Origin: an uncultured Actinomycetes bacterium
Lineage (GTDB): Bacteria > Actinomycetota > Thermoleophilia > Gaiellales > Gaiellaceae
Reading direction: 5' to 3'
Assembly (NCBI GenBank): GCA_963738775.1
Contig: CAVTXU010000009.1
Span: 96,040 to 160,039, forward strand
Length of the DNA: 64,000 nucleotides
Shown: positions 1-15,708 of the stretch, piece by piece
Position numbering within the stretch: position 1 is the stretch's first letter
How the letters are laid out: each line of letters opens with the position of its first letter
The notes under the pieces: model-generated
Told to the model about the DNA's origin: nothing
What the model saw: only the letters and a program-made list of their open reading frames with translations
The model's database searches: none
Position numbers and translations under genes: made by a program

Positions 1-161
1 CGAAGAACGGCTACCGCTACGGGATCTCGATGGAGTTCGCCGGCCAGGACGCCTACGAGGCGTACAACGGCCACCCGGACCACGTCCGCTTCGTCCAGGA
101 GCGATGGCTTCCCGAGGTCGCCGACTTCCTCGAGATCGACTACGCGCCCCGGGGGACGTAG
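1..161 (+). CDS. Dabb (stress-responsive alpha/beta-barrel) domain protein, C-terminal fragment; 5' end outside window
   Basis: Frame starting at nt 3 reads KNGYRYGISMEFAGQDAYEAYNGHPDHVRFVQERWLPEVADFLEIDYAPRGT, then TAG at 159-161. The HPxHxxF...DY pattern is typical of Dabb domains. Absent from the ORF track because it has no start in the window. Confidence 0.55.
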   Translation, partial: KNGYRYGISMEFAGQDAYEAYNGHPDHVRFVQERWLPEVADFLEIDYAPRGT

Positions 162-163
162 GT

Positions 164-592
164 TCAGCCGGCGAGGTCGGCCTGGCCGACGGCGCGTACC
201 GTTCGCACGCGGACGAGCAGTTCGCCGGGAACGCCGTTTCGCTCTCCGAACTCCTCCGCGCGCTCCTTCCCCATGTAGCGCTCGGCGATCAGGGTCGCCC
301 ACCGCCGCAGGTCGTCACGATCCTCGGACAGCTCTGCGACCCCGTCGACTCGCACGAATGCAAACGGCGGCCGGTCGTCCTCGACGCAGACAGACACCCG
401 TGGGTCACGTTCGAGCGCGCGCCCCTTGACGGTGTCCTTGCCGGTCGTGAACACGATCATTCCGTCGGTGTCGAGGAGGAACCAGACCGGAGTGACCAGC
501 GGCGACCCGTCCTTCCGGACAACAGCCAGTTTTGCGGTGCGGGTGCCCTCTGCGAGGAACGCCGCGATCTCCGCCTCGTCAAGCGTGCGCAC
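164..592 (-). CDS. PPOX-class (pyridoxamine 5'-phosphate oxidase-like) probable F420-dependent oxidoreductase
   Basis: 142-aa ORF: TAKLAVVRKDGSPLVTPVWFLLDTDGMIVFTTGKDTVKGRALERDPRVSVCVEDDRPPFAFVRVDGVAEL. This is the split-barrel PPOX family pattern. Start abuts the stop of the upstream comB-like gene. Confidence 0.75.
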   Translation of the reverse strand: MRTLDEAEIAAFLAEGTRTAKLAVVRKDGSPLVTPVWFLLDTDGMIVFTTGKDTVKGRALERDPRVSVCVEDDRPPFAFVRVDGVAELSEDRDDLRRWATLIAERYMGKERAEEFGERNGVPGELLVRVRTVRAVGQADLAG

Positions 593-1288
593 TCAGCGGA
601 CCTCGGCGGCGGTGCCGACCATGCGGGAGAAGCGCGGCACGACGTCGAGCACGCTCTCGCGGGCGCAGTAGGCGATGTCCTCCGCGAGGCCGGACTCGAC
701 GAGGTTCCGCGCGCTCTTCGAGGAGGCGAGGCCCTCCTCGTGGCCGCCGAAGCTCCGGGCGAGGCGGATCGCGGCCTCGGCCGAGTCGGTCGCCTCACCG
801 CCGAGCGCCTCCGCGATGCGGCCGGCGGTGTAGGCGTCGTCGAGCGCCAGCTCGCCCTGGACGCCGGCGCAGAGCACCGCGACGTCCTCCGCCCCGCTCG
901 CGCGCGCCGCGGCCACCAGCGGGCCGAGGTTCAGCAGCGAGCCGACGAGCACCGTCTCGCAGCGCACCGCTGCCGCGAGCAGGAGCCGCGTCCCGTTCGT
1001 CGTCGTCATCACGAGGGTCTCCGCGGCGGGTGCGCCCACGAACTCGCGCGGCGAGTTGCCGAAGTCGAAGCCGTCGATCTTGACCGCATCGCGCTCGCCG
1101 CCGAGCACCGCGTCGCCCGCTGCAGCCGCCGCGGCGCGCGCCTCGTCGACCTCGGCGCAGCAGAGCACGCGCTCGTAGCCCGAGGCGATCGCCTGGGTCA
1201 TCGTCGACGTCGCGCGCAGGACGTCGATCACGATCCCGAGCGGCGCACGGACCTCCTCGGCCGGTGTGAAGGCGACGTGGACGCGCAC
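593..1288 (-). CDS. comB: 2-phosphosulfolactate phosphatase (ComB family)
   Basis: 231-aa ORF with IVIDVLRATSTMTQAIASG...LGGERDAVKIDGFDFGNSPREF, characteristic ComB motifs. Confidence 0.75.
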   Translation of the reverse strand: MRVHVAFTPAEEVRAPLGIVIDVLRATSTMTQAIASGYERVLCCAEVDEARAAAAAAGDAVLGGERDAVKIDGFDFGNSPREFVGAPAAETLVMTTTNGTRLLLAAAVRCETVLVGSLLNLGPLVAAARASGAEDVAVLCAGVQGELALDDAYTAGRIAEALGGEATDSAEAAIRLARSFGGHEEGLASSKSARNLVESGLAEDIAYCARESVLDVVPRFSRMVGTAAEVR

Positions 1289-1306
1289 GCCGATACGCTA
1301 GCTGCG

Positions 1307-2140
1307 ATGGCAACGTGCTACCGCCACCCGGATCGCGAGACCGGGCTCTCCTGCTCCACCTGCGGGCGACCGATCTGCACCGACTGCATGACGATCGCAC
1401 CGGTCGGGATCCGCTGCCCCGAGCACTCGGGCGGCACGATGCCGACGGCGACCCAGCGGATGACGCGCGGCGGCTGGCCACGGCTCGTCGGGAACCTGCG
1501 GGGCGCCTACGTCACGCGCGCGCTCGTGATCGCCAACGTGGTGATCTACCTGATCACCGTCGCGCAGGGCGCCGGGCTCAACGCGCCGGGCGGGACGCTG
1601 TTCAACAAGTGGCTCCTGTACGGGCCGTACGTGGCCGCGGGAGACTGGTGGCGGCTGATCACCTCGGCCTTCCTCCACGCCGGCCTGCTGCACATCGGCC
1701 TGAACATGCTCGCGCTGTGGTGGCTCGGCTCGATGGTCGAGCAGCTGCTCGGGCACGGCCGCTACCTCGCGCTGTACTTCGCGGCAGGGCTCGCGGGCTC
1801 GGCCGGCGCGCTGCTCGCGACACCGCTGCAGCCGACAGTGGGCGCGTCGGGCGCGATCTACGGGATCCTCGGCTCACTGCTGATCCTCGAGTGGCTCCAG
1901 ACGGGCACCTTCGCGGGACCGGCGCTGACGCTGATCGTGATCAACCTCGCCTTCTCGTTCACCGCATCGGGGATCTCGTGGGGCGGTCACATCGGCGGGC
2001 TCGTGGCCGGAATACTTGGCACGCTCGCGTTCTGGCAGGCGCGAAAGCTGCGCCAGCCGTGGCTCGGCTACGCGTCGCTCGTGGCGATCGGGGCTCTGAG
2101 TGTCGCGATCTCGTACTGGAAAGTTCGCGGGATGGCGTAA
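1307..2140 (+). CDS. rhomboid family intramembrane serine protease with N-terminal Cys-rich zinc-ribbon
   Basis: In-frame ATG at 1307 inside the 104..2140 ORF. N-terminus is CYRHPDRETGLSCSTCGRPICTDCM...IRCPEH. Rhomboid motifs FLHAGLLHIGLNMLALWWLG, GASGAIYGILG (catalytic Ser) and GGHIGGLVAG (catalytic His). The upstream 400 codons of the track ORF are an Arg/Ala-rich shadow frame. Confidence 0.85.
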   Translation: MATCYRHPDRETGLSCSTCGRPICTDCMTIAPVGIRCPEHSGGTMPTATQRMTRGGWPRLVGNLRGAYVTRALVIANVVIYLITVAQGAGLNAPGGTLFNKWLLYGPYVAAGDWWRLITSAFLHAGLLHIGLNMLALWWLGSMVEQLLGHGRYLALYFAAGLAGSAGALLATPLQPTVGASGAIYGILGSLLILEWLQTGTFAGPALTLIVINLAFSFTASGISWGGHIGGLVAGILGTLAFWQARKLRQPWLGYASLVAIGALSVAISYWKVRGMA

Positions 2141-2144
2141 CAAT

Positions 2145-3096
2145 GTGTCGGTGCGACTGTTTTTCGCCGCCGTCGTCGCTGTCCTCGTCGTAGCGCCCGC
2201 CGCCGCGGCTTCGCCGATCCTCGGGATCAAGGGCTCGATGCCGCGCTTCCAGGCGCAGACCGGCCAGGTCTCCACCGTCGGACACGCGATCGTCGGCTGG
2301 GACCAGGGCGCCGGCTGGGGCTCCACGTTCACGGATCTCTTCGCGACGCTCGGCCCGGTGCCGATGATCGGCCTCTCGACGCGCGGCAAGAACGGCAAGG
2401 AGGCGATCACGCCGCACCAGCTCGCGCAGGGCGCCGGCGACGCGGTATCTGATCTCGCTCAACAGTGCGATCAACACGTGGGGCAAGAAGATCTACGTCC
2501 GGCCGTTCGGTGAGATGAACGGCTACTGGAACCTGTACTGCGCGTTCACGAAGACGGGCGTCCCGAAGCCGAACCACTCCACCGCGGACTTCAGGCGTGC
2601 GTTTGCCCGGGTCTACCTGATCGTGCACGGCGGCCCGGCGGCGGCGATCAACGCGAAGCTGAAGACGCTCGGAATGCCCCCGATCAAGGGCGATCTCCCC
2701 TCGAACCCGATGCCGGACACGCGCGTCGTCTGGAACCCGCAGGGCTTCGGAGCGCCGGACATCCCGCAGAACTCGGCCCAGGCCTACTACCCGGGCGACA
2801 AGTACGTCGACGTGGTCGGCAACGACCTCTACGACCAGCGCGGCAAGGCCGAATGGGACGCGAACGAGGCGCTCTACAAGGCGCACCCGGGCAAGCCGTA
2901 CTCCTTCCCCGAGTGGGGACTGTGGGGGATCGACGATCCGGTCTTCATCCGCACGATGGGCACGTTCGTGCGCACGCACAAGCGCACCGAGATGCTCGCC
3001 TACTTCGAGAGCGCGCCCGGTTCGATCTTCGACCTCGAGACCAAGCCGAAGAGCCGCGCCGCCTACCGCGAAGTGATCACGACGCTGGCTTCCTGA
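2145..3096 (+). pseudogene. secreted glycoside hydrolase family 26-like (beta-mannanase-like) protein, one frame break near 2445
   Basis: Signal-peptide-like start VSVRLFFAAVVAVLVVAPAAAASP (GTG 2145 or 2151). The N-terminal part (frame of 2100) reads ...AITPHQLAQGAGDA. The continuation is in the next frame: YLISLNSAINTWGKKIYVRPFGEMNGYWN...FPEWGLWG (GH26-like EMNG and second acidic motif). The shift phases as a 1-nt insertion around 2444-2447. Confidence 0.55.
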
Positions 3097-3727
3097 CGAG
3101 CTCGACGGTCGTGATCAGCGTCCAGACGAGGAACGTGACGGTCGCGATCCACCAGTACGTGCCCTGCGGCGAGTAGAAGCCCGAGAACGTCAGCGCGGCG
3201 CCGCCGAACAGGAACACCACGCCCGCGAGCGCGGTGAGCACGGCGTACCAGGCCGGCAGGGCCTTGCAGCGCCCCACCGCAAGCGCGGTCGCGAACGCGA
3301 TCGTGGCGGTGGCGAAGCCGACGATCGTGAACGCCGTGACCGAGATCGTGTGCAGCCCGCCCGCCATCGCGGGACTGGCGAGCGCGACTCGCTCGAACAG
3401 CGCCGCGTTGATCGTCGTCCCGAGCAGCGCAAGCCCGGCCGTGGCGAGCCCGCCCGCGAACGCGACGGAGGCCAGCCGCTCCTCGCCCGCGTTGCGGAGC
3501 AGCGCAGCGAGGCTGCCGAGGAACCACAGGAACGCGATCAGCGAGAGCCCGAGCAGAGCGGTCTGGACCAGCCCGCCACGGTGATGCTCGACGTAGTAGG
3601 CGGCCACCTTCAGGGTCGGACTGGAGAGACTCGGCGGCTTCGGGACGACGAACATCGCCACGACGTAGAGCACCAGGAACACGAATCCGCTCGCCGCCGC
3701 GAGACGGTCAGCCGTCCACTTGCCCAT
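3077..3727 (-). CDS. hypothetical polytopic membrane protein
   Basis: 216-aa ORF with about 6 hydrophobic helices (FVFLVLYVVAMFVV, LLGLSLIAFLWFLGSLAALL, TAFTIVGFATATIAFATALAV, AVLTALAGVVFLFGGAAL, WWIATVTFLVWTLITT). Strong GC3 coding bias. No family recognised with certainty. Confidence 0.6.
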   Translation of the reverse strand: MGKWTADRLAAASGFVFLVLYVVAMFVVPKPPSLSSPTLKVAAYYVEHHRGGLVQTALLGLSLIAFLWFLGSLAALLRNAGEERLASVAFAGGLATAGLALLGTTINAALFERVALASPAMAGGLHTISVTAFTIVGFATATIAFATALAVGRCKALPAWYAVLTALAGVVFLFGGAALTFSGFYSPQGTYWWIATVTFLVWTLITTVELVRKPAS

Positions 3728-3791
3728 CGCAACACCTCCGCGTCCGACTATGTGACGATTGCAGCGTAGGTTTGACGACGGACGGAGCGGC

Positions 3792-4610
3792 TCAGGCCCG
3801 GAGCGCGAGCAGGTGGTAGAGAGCGGTGAGGCGGGCGTCGAACGAGGGGCCCGGGTGACGGCGGCCGCCGAAGGCGCCGAGCCGCCAGGTGCGGAAGCCC
3901 GCGGCCCGGAGCGGCGCGAGGATCGCCTCGGGCTCGTCCATCGCCTCGCCGGCGACCTCGACGAGGAGCGCGTCGATCCGGCCCGCGGCGAGCGTGCGGC
4001 TGAGCCCGGCGATCACGTCGGCCTCCATCCCCTCGACGTCGATCTTGACGAGCCTGATCTGGCCCGCGATGTGCGCCTCGACGTAGTCGTCGAGCGTGAT
4101 CTGCTCGACCTCGAACGCGTCGAGCCCGGGGCCGCGCCGCCACGCGCCGCTCGACCGGCCCTCGGCGCCGTCGCGGCGGCCGATCGCCACCGTCCCGGGG
4201 GTCGCGCCGGCAGCCGTACGGCCCACGACGACGTTCTCGAGCCCGCTCAGCGCGATGTTCGCCTCGAGTGCGTCGCCGTTGACCGGCTCGAACGCGTGCA
4301 CCGAGCCGGACGGGCCCACCGCCGTTCCGAAGAGCAGCGTGTAGAAGCCGACGTTCGCGCCGACGTCGAGCGCGACGTCGCCCGGGCCAAGCAGCCGCCG
4401 CAGCGTCCGCGCGGTGACCGGCTCGAAGCTCCGGTACCAGATCTTGCGCTGGACGTAGTCGTCGAGGTCGAGCAGCATCCGCCCGCCGTTGACGCGCTCC
4501 TCGACCGGGCTCCGCAACGGCGGCAGGCGTGGCGCGACGCGCTCGACGACGAGCGGGAACCAGCCCGGCAAAATCTGGCCGGGGACGCGCAGCAGCGTGT
4601 GGGCGATCAA
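3792..4610 (-). CDS. FkbM family SAM-dependent methyltransferase
   Basis: C-terminal third of the 3792..7205 track ORF: [19 protein letters not shown]...VHAFEPV...[16 protein letters not shown] (FkbM motifs). Proposed TTG start at 4610-4608 overlaps the ppdK TGA (TTGA). Confidence 0.7.
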   Translation of the reverse strand: MIAHTLLRVPGQILPGWFPLVVERVAPRLPPLRSPVEERVNGGRMLLDLDDYVQRKIWYRSFEPVTARTLRRLLGPGDVALDVGANVGFYTLLFGTAVGPSGSVHAFEPVNGDALEANIALSGLENVVVGRTAAGATPGTVAIGRRDGAEGRSSGAWRRGPGLDAFEVEQITLDDYVEAHIAGQIRLVKIDVEGMEADVIAGLSRTLAAGRIDALLVEVAGEAMDEPEAILAPLRAAGFRTWRLGAFGGRRHPGPSFDARLTALYHLLALRA

Positions 4611-7205
4611 CCGCCGGCGGCGACGTACGCCGCGCCGTGCTCGGCGAGCGCGGCCTGGGCGGCGGCGAGCCTGGCGAGCGGGACGCGGTAGGGCGAGCAC
4701 GAGACGTAGTCGAGGCCGAGCGTGTGGCAGAACTTCACGCTGGCGGGCTCGCCGCCGTGCTCGCCGCAGATCCCGAGCTTCAGCTCCGGCTTCACGCGGC
4801 GGCCGCGCTCGATCCCGATCCGCATCAGGTCGCCGACTCCGGACTGGTCGATCGTCTCGAACGGGTTCTGCTTCGAGCACGCCGTCTTCGAGGTAGAAGG
4901 TGAGGAACTTGCCCTCGGCGTCGTCGCGCGAGAAGCCGAGCGTCGTCTGGGTGAGGTCGTTCGTGCCGAACGAGAAGAAGTCGGCGTACTCGGCGATCTC
5001 GTCGGCGCGCAGCGCGGCGCGCGGCAGCTCGATCATCGTGCCGCAGAGGTACTCGACGTCGTCGGCCTCCTCGGCGGCGGTGCGGATCGTCAGCTCGCGC
5101 AGCCGCTTCAGCTCCTCGGCGAAGCCGACGAGCGGATGCATGATCTCGACGAGCGGCGACTCGCCGGTGCGCTCGCGCACGGCCTTTGCGGCGCGGATGA
5201 TCGCGCGCACCTGCATCTCGTAGACCTCGGGCCACTGGAGCCCGATCCGGCAGCCGCGCGTGCCGAGCATCGGGTTGGCCTCGTGCAGCACCTTGATCCG
5301 GGCGCGCATCCGCTCGTCGGTCGCCTCCTCGAGCGGCGGCAGGAACTCGTGCAGCGGGGGGTCGAGCAGCCGGATCGTGACGGGGAGCCCGAGCATGGCC
5401 TCGAAGATCCCCTCGAAGTCGGACTGCTGCATCGGCAGTAGCAGCTCGAGCGCGGCGCGGCGGCCCCGCTCGTCGTCGGCGAGGATCATCTGCTGCATCA
5501 CCGGGAGCCGCTCCTCGCCGAAGAACATGTGCTCGGTACGGCAGAGGCCGATCCCCTCGGCGCCGAACTCGCGCGCCTTCGCTGCGTGCTCGGGCGTGTC
5601 GGCGTTCGCGCGCACCTTCATCCGGCGCATCTCGTCCGACCAGCCGAGAATCGTCTGGAAGTCCTCGTTGATCCGCGGCGGCACGAGCTTGACGGCGCCG
5701 AGCATCACGTTGCCGGTGCCGCCGTCGATCGTGATGATCTCGCCCGGCTCGACCGTGTGGCCGCCAATGGTGGCCGTGCCGGCGGCGAGGTCGATCGTCA
5801 GGTCCTCGCAGCCGACGATGCACGGCTTGCCCATCCCGCGCGCGACGACCGCCGCATGGGAGGTCATGCCGCCGTGGATCGTCAGGATCCCCTGCGCGTA
5901 GATCATCCCGTGGATGTCGTCCGGGGTCGTCTCGGAACGCACGAGGATCACGTCCTCCTGCGCCTTCCCGCGCGCCTCGGCCTCGTCGGCGTCGAAGACG
6001 ATGCGGCCGCGCGCGGCGCCCGGCGAGGCGTTCAGGCCCTTCGCGGCGACCTCGGGGTGCGCGTCCGGGTCGAGCATCGGATGCAGCAGCTGGTCGAGCG
6101 AGGCCGGGTCGATCCGGGCCACGGCCTCCTCGCGCGAGATCAGCCCCTCCTCGACCATCGAGACGGCGCTCTTCACCGCGGCGGCGGCGGTGCGCTTCGC
6201 GGCTCGGGTCTGGAGCAGGAAGAGGCGCTCGTCCTCGATCGTGAACTCGATGTCCTGCATGTCGCGGTAGTGCTCCTCGAGGCGGCGCATCGTCTGCACG
6301 AGCTGCTCGAAAGCCTGCGGGAGTTTCGTCTGCATCTGCGCGAGCGGCTCGGGCGTCCGGATCCCGGCGACGACGTCCTCGCCCTGCGCGTTCAGCAGGA
6401 ACTCGCCGTAGAGGCCGATGTCGCCGTTGGAAGGGTTGCGCGTGAACGCGACGCCGGTGCCCGAGCTCTCGCCCTTGTTGCCGAAGACCATCTGCTGCAC
6501 GTTGACGGCGGTGCCGATGTCGTCGGGAATCCCCTGCGAGCGCCGGTAGACCTGCGCGCGCGGCGTGTCCCACGAGTCGAACACGGCGCGCACGGCGCGG
6601 GTGAGCTGGGCCCGCGCGTCCTGCGGGAAGCCGCCCGTCTCCTCTGCGTAGATCCGCTCGTACGTCCCGATCAGCTCCCGGAGATCCTCGGCGGTGAGGT
6701 CGGTGTCGCTCGCGACCTCGCGCCGGGTCTTGAGGTCGGTCAGCTGCTGCTCGAAGCGGTACTCGTCGATCCCGTCGACCACCTCGCCGTACATCTGGAT
6801 CAGGCGCCGGTAGGAGTCGGCGGCGAAGCGCGGGTTGCACGTGCGCTCGGCGAGCCCGGCTACCGCCTCGTCGTTGAGACCGAGGTTGAGGATCGTGTCC
6901 ATCATCCCGGGCATCGAGATCGCCGCGCCCGAGCGGACGGAGACGAGCAGCGGGTCGTGTGCGTCGCCGAAGCGCTTGCCGGCCTTCTCCTCGAGCCGCG
7001 CGAGCGCCGTCGTGATCTCGTCCTCGAGCCCGTCGGGAAGCTGCTTGCCGGCGGCCTGGTAGGCGCGGCAGGCGTCGGTCGAGATCGTGAAGCCGGCCGG
7101 AACCGGGACGCCGAGCTGGGTCATCTCCGCGAGGCCGCTCCCCTTGCCTCCGAGGAGGGCGCGCCCGCCGTCGCAGGGCTCGTCGAAGTCGTAGACGTAG
7201 CGCAT
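4607..7205 (-). pseudogene. ppdK: pyruvate, phosphate dikinase, single frame break near 4875
   Basis: N-terminus MRYVYDFDEPCDGGRALLGGKGSGLAEMTQLGVPVPAGFTI, the TSHAAVVARGMGKPCIVG phosphohistidine region, and CRTEHMFF. After ...FYLEDGVL the frame changes. The continuation [76 protein letters not shown] is ORF 4607..4825. Total span is 2599 nt, i.e. 3n+1, consistent with one inserted base. Confidence 0.9.
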
Positions 7206-7339
7206 GCAGGCTCATCTTTCCACATGCGCCAGAGGGCAAACGTCGGGGAGGATCGCCGTCCTTGCTCCGTAGTTCACCGTAGACCGGTTGGGCGGCTGCA
7301 CCGATGCCTGGCAGGGCGTGCGGCGCGGACGATGGCTCC

Positions 7340-12513
<5,174 letters not shown>

Positions 12514-12597
12514 GCAGCACGTAGAAGAGCAGGTCGCCAAGGGCGAGCAGGAACCACCACAGCGTCCAGTACCTGAGCGGGACCGGCGGCTTCTCCT

Positions 12598-13423
12598 TCA
12601 TGCGGAGACCTCGGCGCGGCGCTCGGCCACGAGGCGGATGATGCGGTGGGCCGTCTCCTCGATCGAAGCCTCCGAGACCTCGAGCACCGGGCACCCGAGC
12701 CGGCGGTGGATCTTCGTCGCCTGCTCGAGCTCCTCGTAGATCTCGCCGATCTGCGCGTAGTTGCCCTTCGACGAGCCCATGCGTGCGGGCGCGCGCGGAG
12801 CGGATCTCGGCGAGGCGCTGCGCGTCGATCGTGAGGCCGACGATCTTCGCCGGCTCGATCTCGAACAGCTCCGGCGGCGGGGAGATTCCCTTCACGATCG
12901 GGACGTTCGCAGTCTTGTGGCCGAGATAGCCGAGGTAGATCGAGAGCGGCGTCTTCGAGGTGCGCGAGACGCCGACGAGCACGATGTCCGCCTCGCGCAG
13001 GCCCTTCCCCATCCCGTCGTCGTACTTGACCGCGAACTCGATCGCCTCGATCCGCTTGAAGTACGCGGTGTCGAGCGCCGGCTTCGCGCCCGGGGTCATC
13101 TTCGCCGCCTGGCCTGAAACGCGCGCGACGGCGTCGATCGGATGGCCGAGCAGGTCGCAGTAGTGGATCTTCGCCCGGCGGCAGAGCTGGCGCATCGCCT
13201 CGCGGAGCTCGGGCTGGACGAGCGTGTAGACGACCACCGCGGGGCGCCCCTTGGCGCGGCTCACCGCGAGCGCGAGGTCGTCGACCGACTCGACGCGCGG
13301 GTGGCGCACCTCTTCGAAGGGCTGCTCGGGGAACTGGGCCTCGAGCGCGAGGACGAGCCGCGCGGCCGTCTCGCCGGTGGAGTCCGAGACGACGTGCAGC
13401 TCGACCGGGGTGACGACGCTCAT
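12598..13423 (-). pseudogene. pyruvate, phosphate dikinase regulatory protein (PDRP, DUF299 kinase/phosphorylase), one frame break near 12783
   Basis: MSVVTPVELHVVSDSTGETA...ADIVLVGVSRTSKTPLSIYLGYLGHKTANVPIV...AEIRSARAR, then a shift. The continuation MGSSKGNYAQIGEIYEELEQATKIHRRLGCPVLEVSEASIEETAHRIIRLV is ORF 12598..12780. Span is 3n+1. Confidence 0.8.
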
Positions 13424-13878
13424 CGGGCGGAGGCTATCGCCGCGACGGTCGCATCGGTCAGCCGCACGAGGTCGCGCGGGTCGAGCTCGAGCTCGAGGCC
13501 GCGCCGGCCGGCGCTGACGAACACGGTCTCGTGCTCGAGCGCCGATGAGTCGACGAGCGTCGGCAGCGCTCGGCGCTGGCCGAGCGGCGAGATCCCGCCG
13601 GTCACGTAGCCGGTCGCGCGCTCGGCGTCGGCGGGCTTCGCGAGCTCCGCGCGCTTGCCGAGCGCCTTCAGGTCGAGCTGCGCTGCCACGGGGACGATCG
13701 CGACGTGCAGCGTGCCGTCGAGCGACGCGACGAGCGTCTTGAAGACGCGCGCCGGGTCGACGCCGAGCTTCTCCGCCGCTTCGAGCCCGTACGACTCCGC
13801 CTTCGGGTCGTGCTCGTAGGCGTGCGTCGCGAAGGCGACCCCGGCCCGCTCGGCTGCGGCGATCGCGGGCGTCGCCAT
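13420..13878 (-). CDS. ybaK: Cys-tRNA(Pro)/Cys-tRNA(Cys) deacylase YbaK
   Basis: Internal ATG at 13878 (MATPAIAAAERAGVAFATHAYEHD...). Motifs LKTLVASLDG-like and GYVTGGISPLGQRRALPTLVD. The upstream 32 codons of the track ORF overlap the glyS end and are Ser/Thr/Arg-rich. Confidence 0.8.
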   Translation of the reverse strand: MATPAIAAAERAGVAFATHAYEHDPKAESYGLEAAEKLGVDPARVFKTLVASLDGTLHVAIVPVAAQLDLKALGKRAELAKPADAERATGYVTGGISPLGQRRALPTLVDSSALEHETVFVSAGRRGLELELDPRDLVRLTDATVAAIASAR

Positions 13879-13882
13879 GCGG

Positions 13883-15708
13883 TCAGCCGGGGAGCTGCGA
13901 GAGGTCGCCGAGCTGTCCGAGCGTGTCGCGGACGTCGAGCAGGAGCCGTAGGCGGTTCTCGCGGACGGCGTCATCGTCGGCCATCACGAGCACGTCCTCG
14001 AAGAACTGCTCGAGCGGTGCGGCGAGCTCCGCGGCTGCGGTGAACGCGGTGTCGAAGTCGCGCTCGGCGACAGCTCCGATCCTCGCCCGAGAGCCCTCCA
14101 GCGCGGCGAAGACGGCGCGCTCGGCGTCCTCGTCGAAGCGCGTCGGGTCGACGGCGCCCGGCGCGGCCTCGCGGGCGATGCGGTCGGAGCGCTTGAAGAC
14201 GGTGACGATCGGCTCGAGCCGCTCGGCCTCGAGCGGCGTCGAGCGCCCGGGCGAGCGCGGCGATCCCGCCGACGTCACGGAGCGCCGAGGCTCGTGCCGC
14301 ACGGACGAGCTCGACCGGGACTCCGAGCAGGCCCTCGAGGCGCTCCTCGACGAACTCCTTCACGTCGCCGTCGAGCTCGAGCGTGAGCCCACCCTCGACG
14401 GCGAGCCGGCACAGGCCGATTGCGGCGCGACGGAGACCGAACGGGTCGCGCGAGCCGCTCGGCTTCTGCCCCACGCCGAATGCCACGTCGAGGCTGTCGA
14501 TCTTGTCGGCGGCCGAGAGGATGCGCCCCGCCTCGGTCGAGGGCAGCGGCGCGTCGGCGCCGTCGGGGAGGTAGTGCTCGTCGATCGCCGTGCAGACCGC
14601 GTCCGAAACGCCGGCTGCGCGCGCGTACTCGGCGCCGATGTGACCCTGGAGATCCGGAAACTCGCGCACGAGCTCCGAGGCCTGATCGGCCTTCGCGAGC
14701 CGCGCTGCCTCCCTCGCGTCGCCGTCTCCGCCGAGCCGCTCGACGAGCTCGACGAGCCGCTGGGTCTTGTCTGCGAACGAGCCGGCGCCGCGGAAGAACG
14801 TGATCGAGCCAAGCCGGGCCGCGAGCTCCTCGATCCCGACAGCCAGGTCGCGCTCGAAGGTAAAGGTCGCGTCGTCGAGCCGTCCCTCGAGCACGCGCTC
14901 GTTGCCGCGGATCACCGAGCGCGGGATCGCCGCCGTTCGCGACGAACGCGAAGCGGGCTCCGGCGAGCGGGAAGTAGCGCTGGTGCGACTGCATCGCCGT
15001 CTCGATCACCCGCGGCGGCAGCGCGAGGAACCGCTCGTCGAAGCGGCCCTCGAGCACGGCGACACTCTCGACGAGGTAGACGACCTCTTCGAGCTTCGCG
15101 AGCGGGTCCCGCCAGCCCTCCGGCAGCGCCTCGACGATCTGGCGGCGGCGCTCGGCCGCATCCGGCTCGACGCCTTGCGCGCGCAGCGTCTCGGCGTAGG
15201 CGTGCGCCGAGGGGATCTCGATCCGGCCCGATGTGAAGCGGTGCCCGTAGGAGGTGCCGTCGCCGAGAACGACCGCCTCGTCGAGCCGTGCGCAGAGCCA
15301 GCGCACCGGGCGGGCGAACCGGAGCCCGTCGGTCTCCCACTGCATCGACTTCGAGAACGCGAGCGCGTCGAGGACCGCCGCGAGCCGTTCCGCCAGCGGC
15401 TTGCCGGGCACCTCGACGCCGAGGAAGCCGTCGCGCTCCTCGAGCTCGTCCGGGGTGACGCCGTAGCGCTTCGCGAAGCCGGCTGCGGCCTTGTCCCGAA
15501 GCGCCAGCGGCGGCCCCTTGACCCACTCCGGCGCCGCCTCGCCCGAAACGTCCTCGACCACCATCGCGAGCCGGCGCGGGCCGATGTAGAGCTGGGCCGG
15601 CTTCGCGCCGAGGTGCTCGAGGCAGAGCTCGGGCAGCTGCGCCGCCGCCTCGCGGCACGCCGAGGCGGGCAGCTCCTCGCAGCCGATCTCAAACAGCAGC
15701 GTCGGCAT
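13883..15708 (-). pseudogene. glyS: glycine--tRNA ligase beta subunit, two frame breaks (about 14918 and 14238)
   Basis: ATG 15708: [17 protein letters not shown]...SMQWETDGLRFARPVRWL...QRYFPL...FAFVANGGDPA. Then a shift to VIRGNERVLEGRLDDATFTFERD...DLQGHIGAEYA...SGSRDPFGLRRAAIG...RDVGGIAALARALD. Then a shift to PLEAERLEPIVTVFKRSDRIA...VMADDDAVRENRLRLL. Span is 3n+2, consistent with two inserted bases. Confidence 0.88.

Noticed and set aside
104-1306. N-terminal 400 codons of the 678-aa plus-strand ORF 104..2140
   Set aside because: The sequence is Arg/Ala/Gly/Asp-rich with no recognisable domain and is antisense to two well-supported genes (PPOX, comB). This is typical high-GC shadow frame. 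The real rhomboid gene starts at the internal ATG 1307.
3792-7205. Single 1137-aa protein (PPDK fused to a methyltransferase)
   Set aside because: The apparent fusion is created by the frame break near 4875. The authentic PPDK C-terminus ([12 protein letters not shown]...) is in ORF 4607..4825, and the FkbM frame has its own TTG overlapping that stop.
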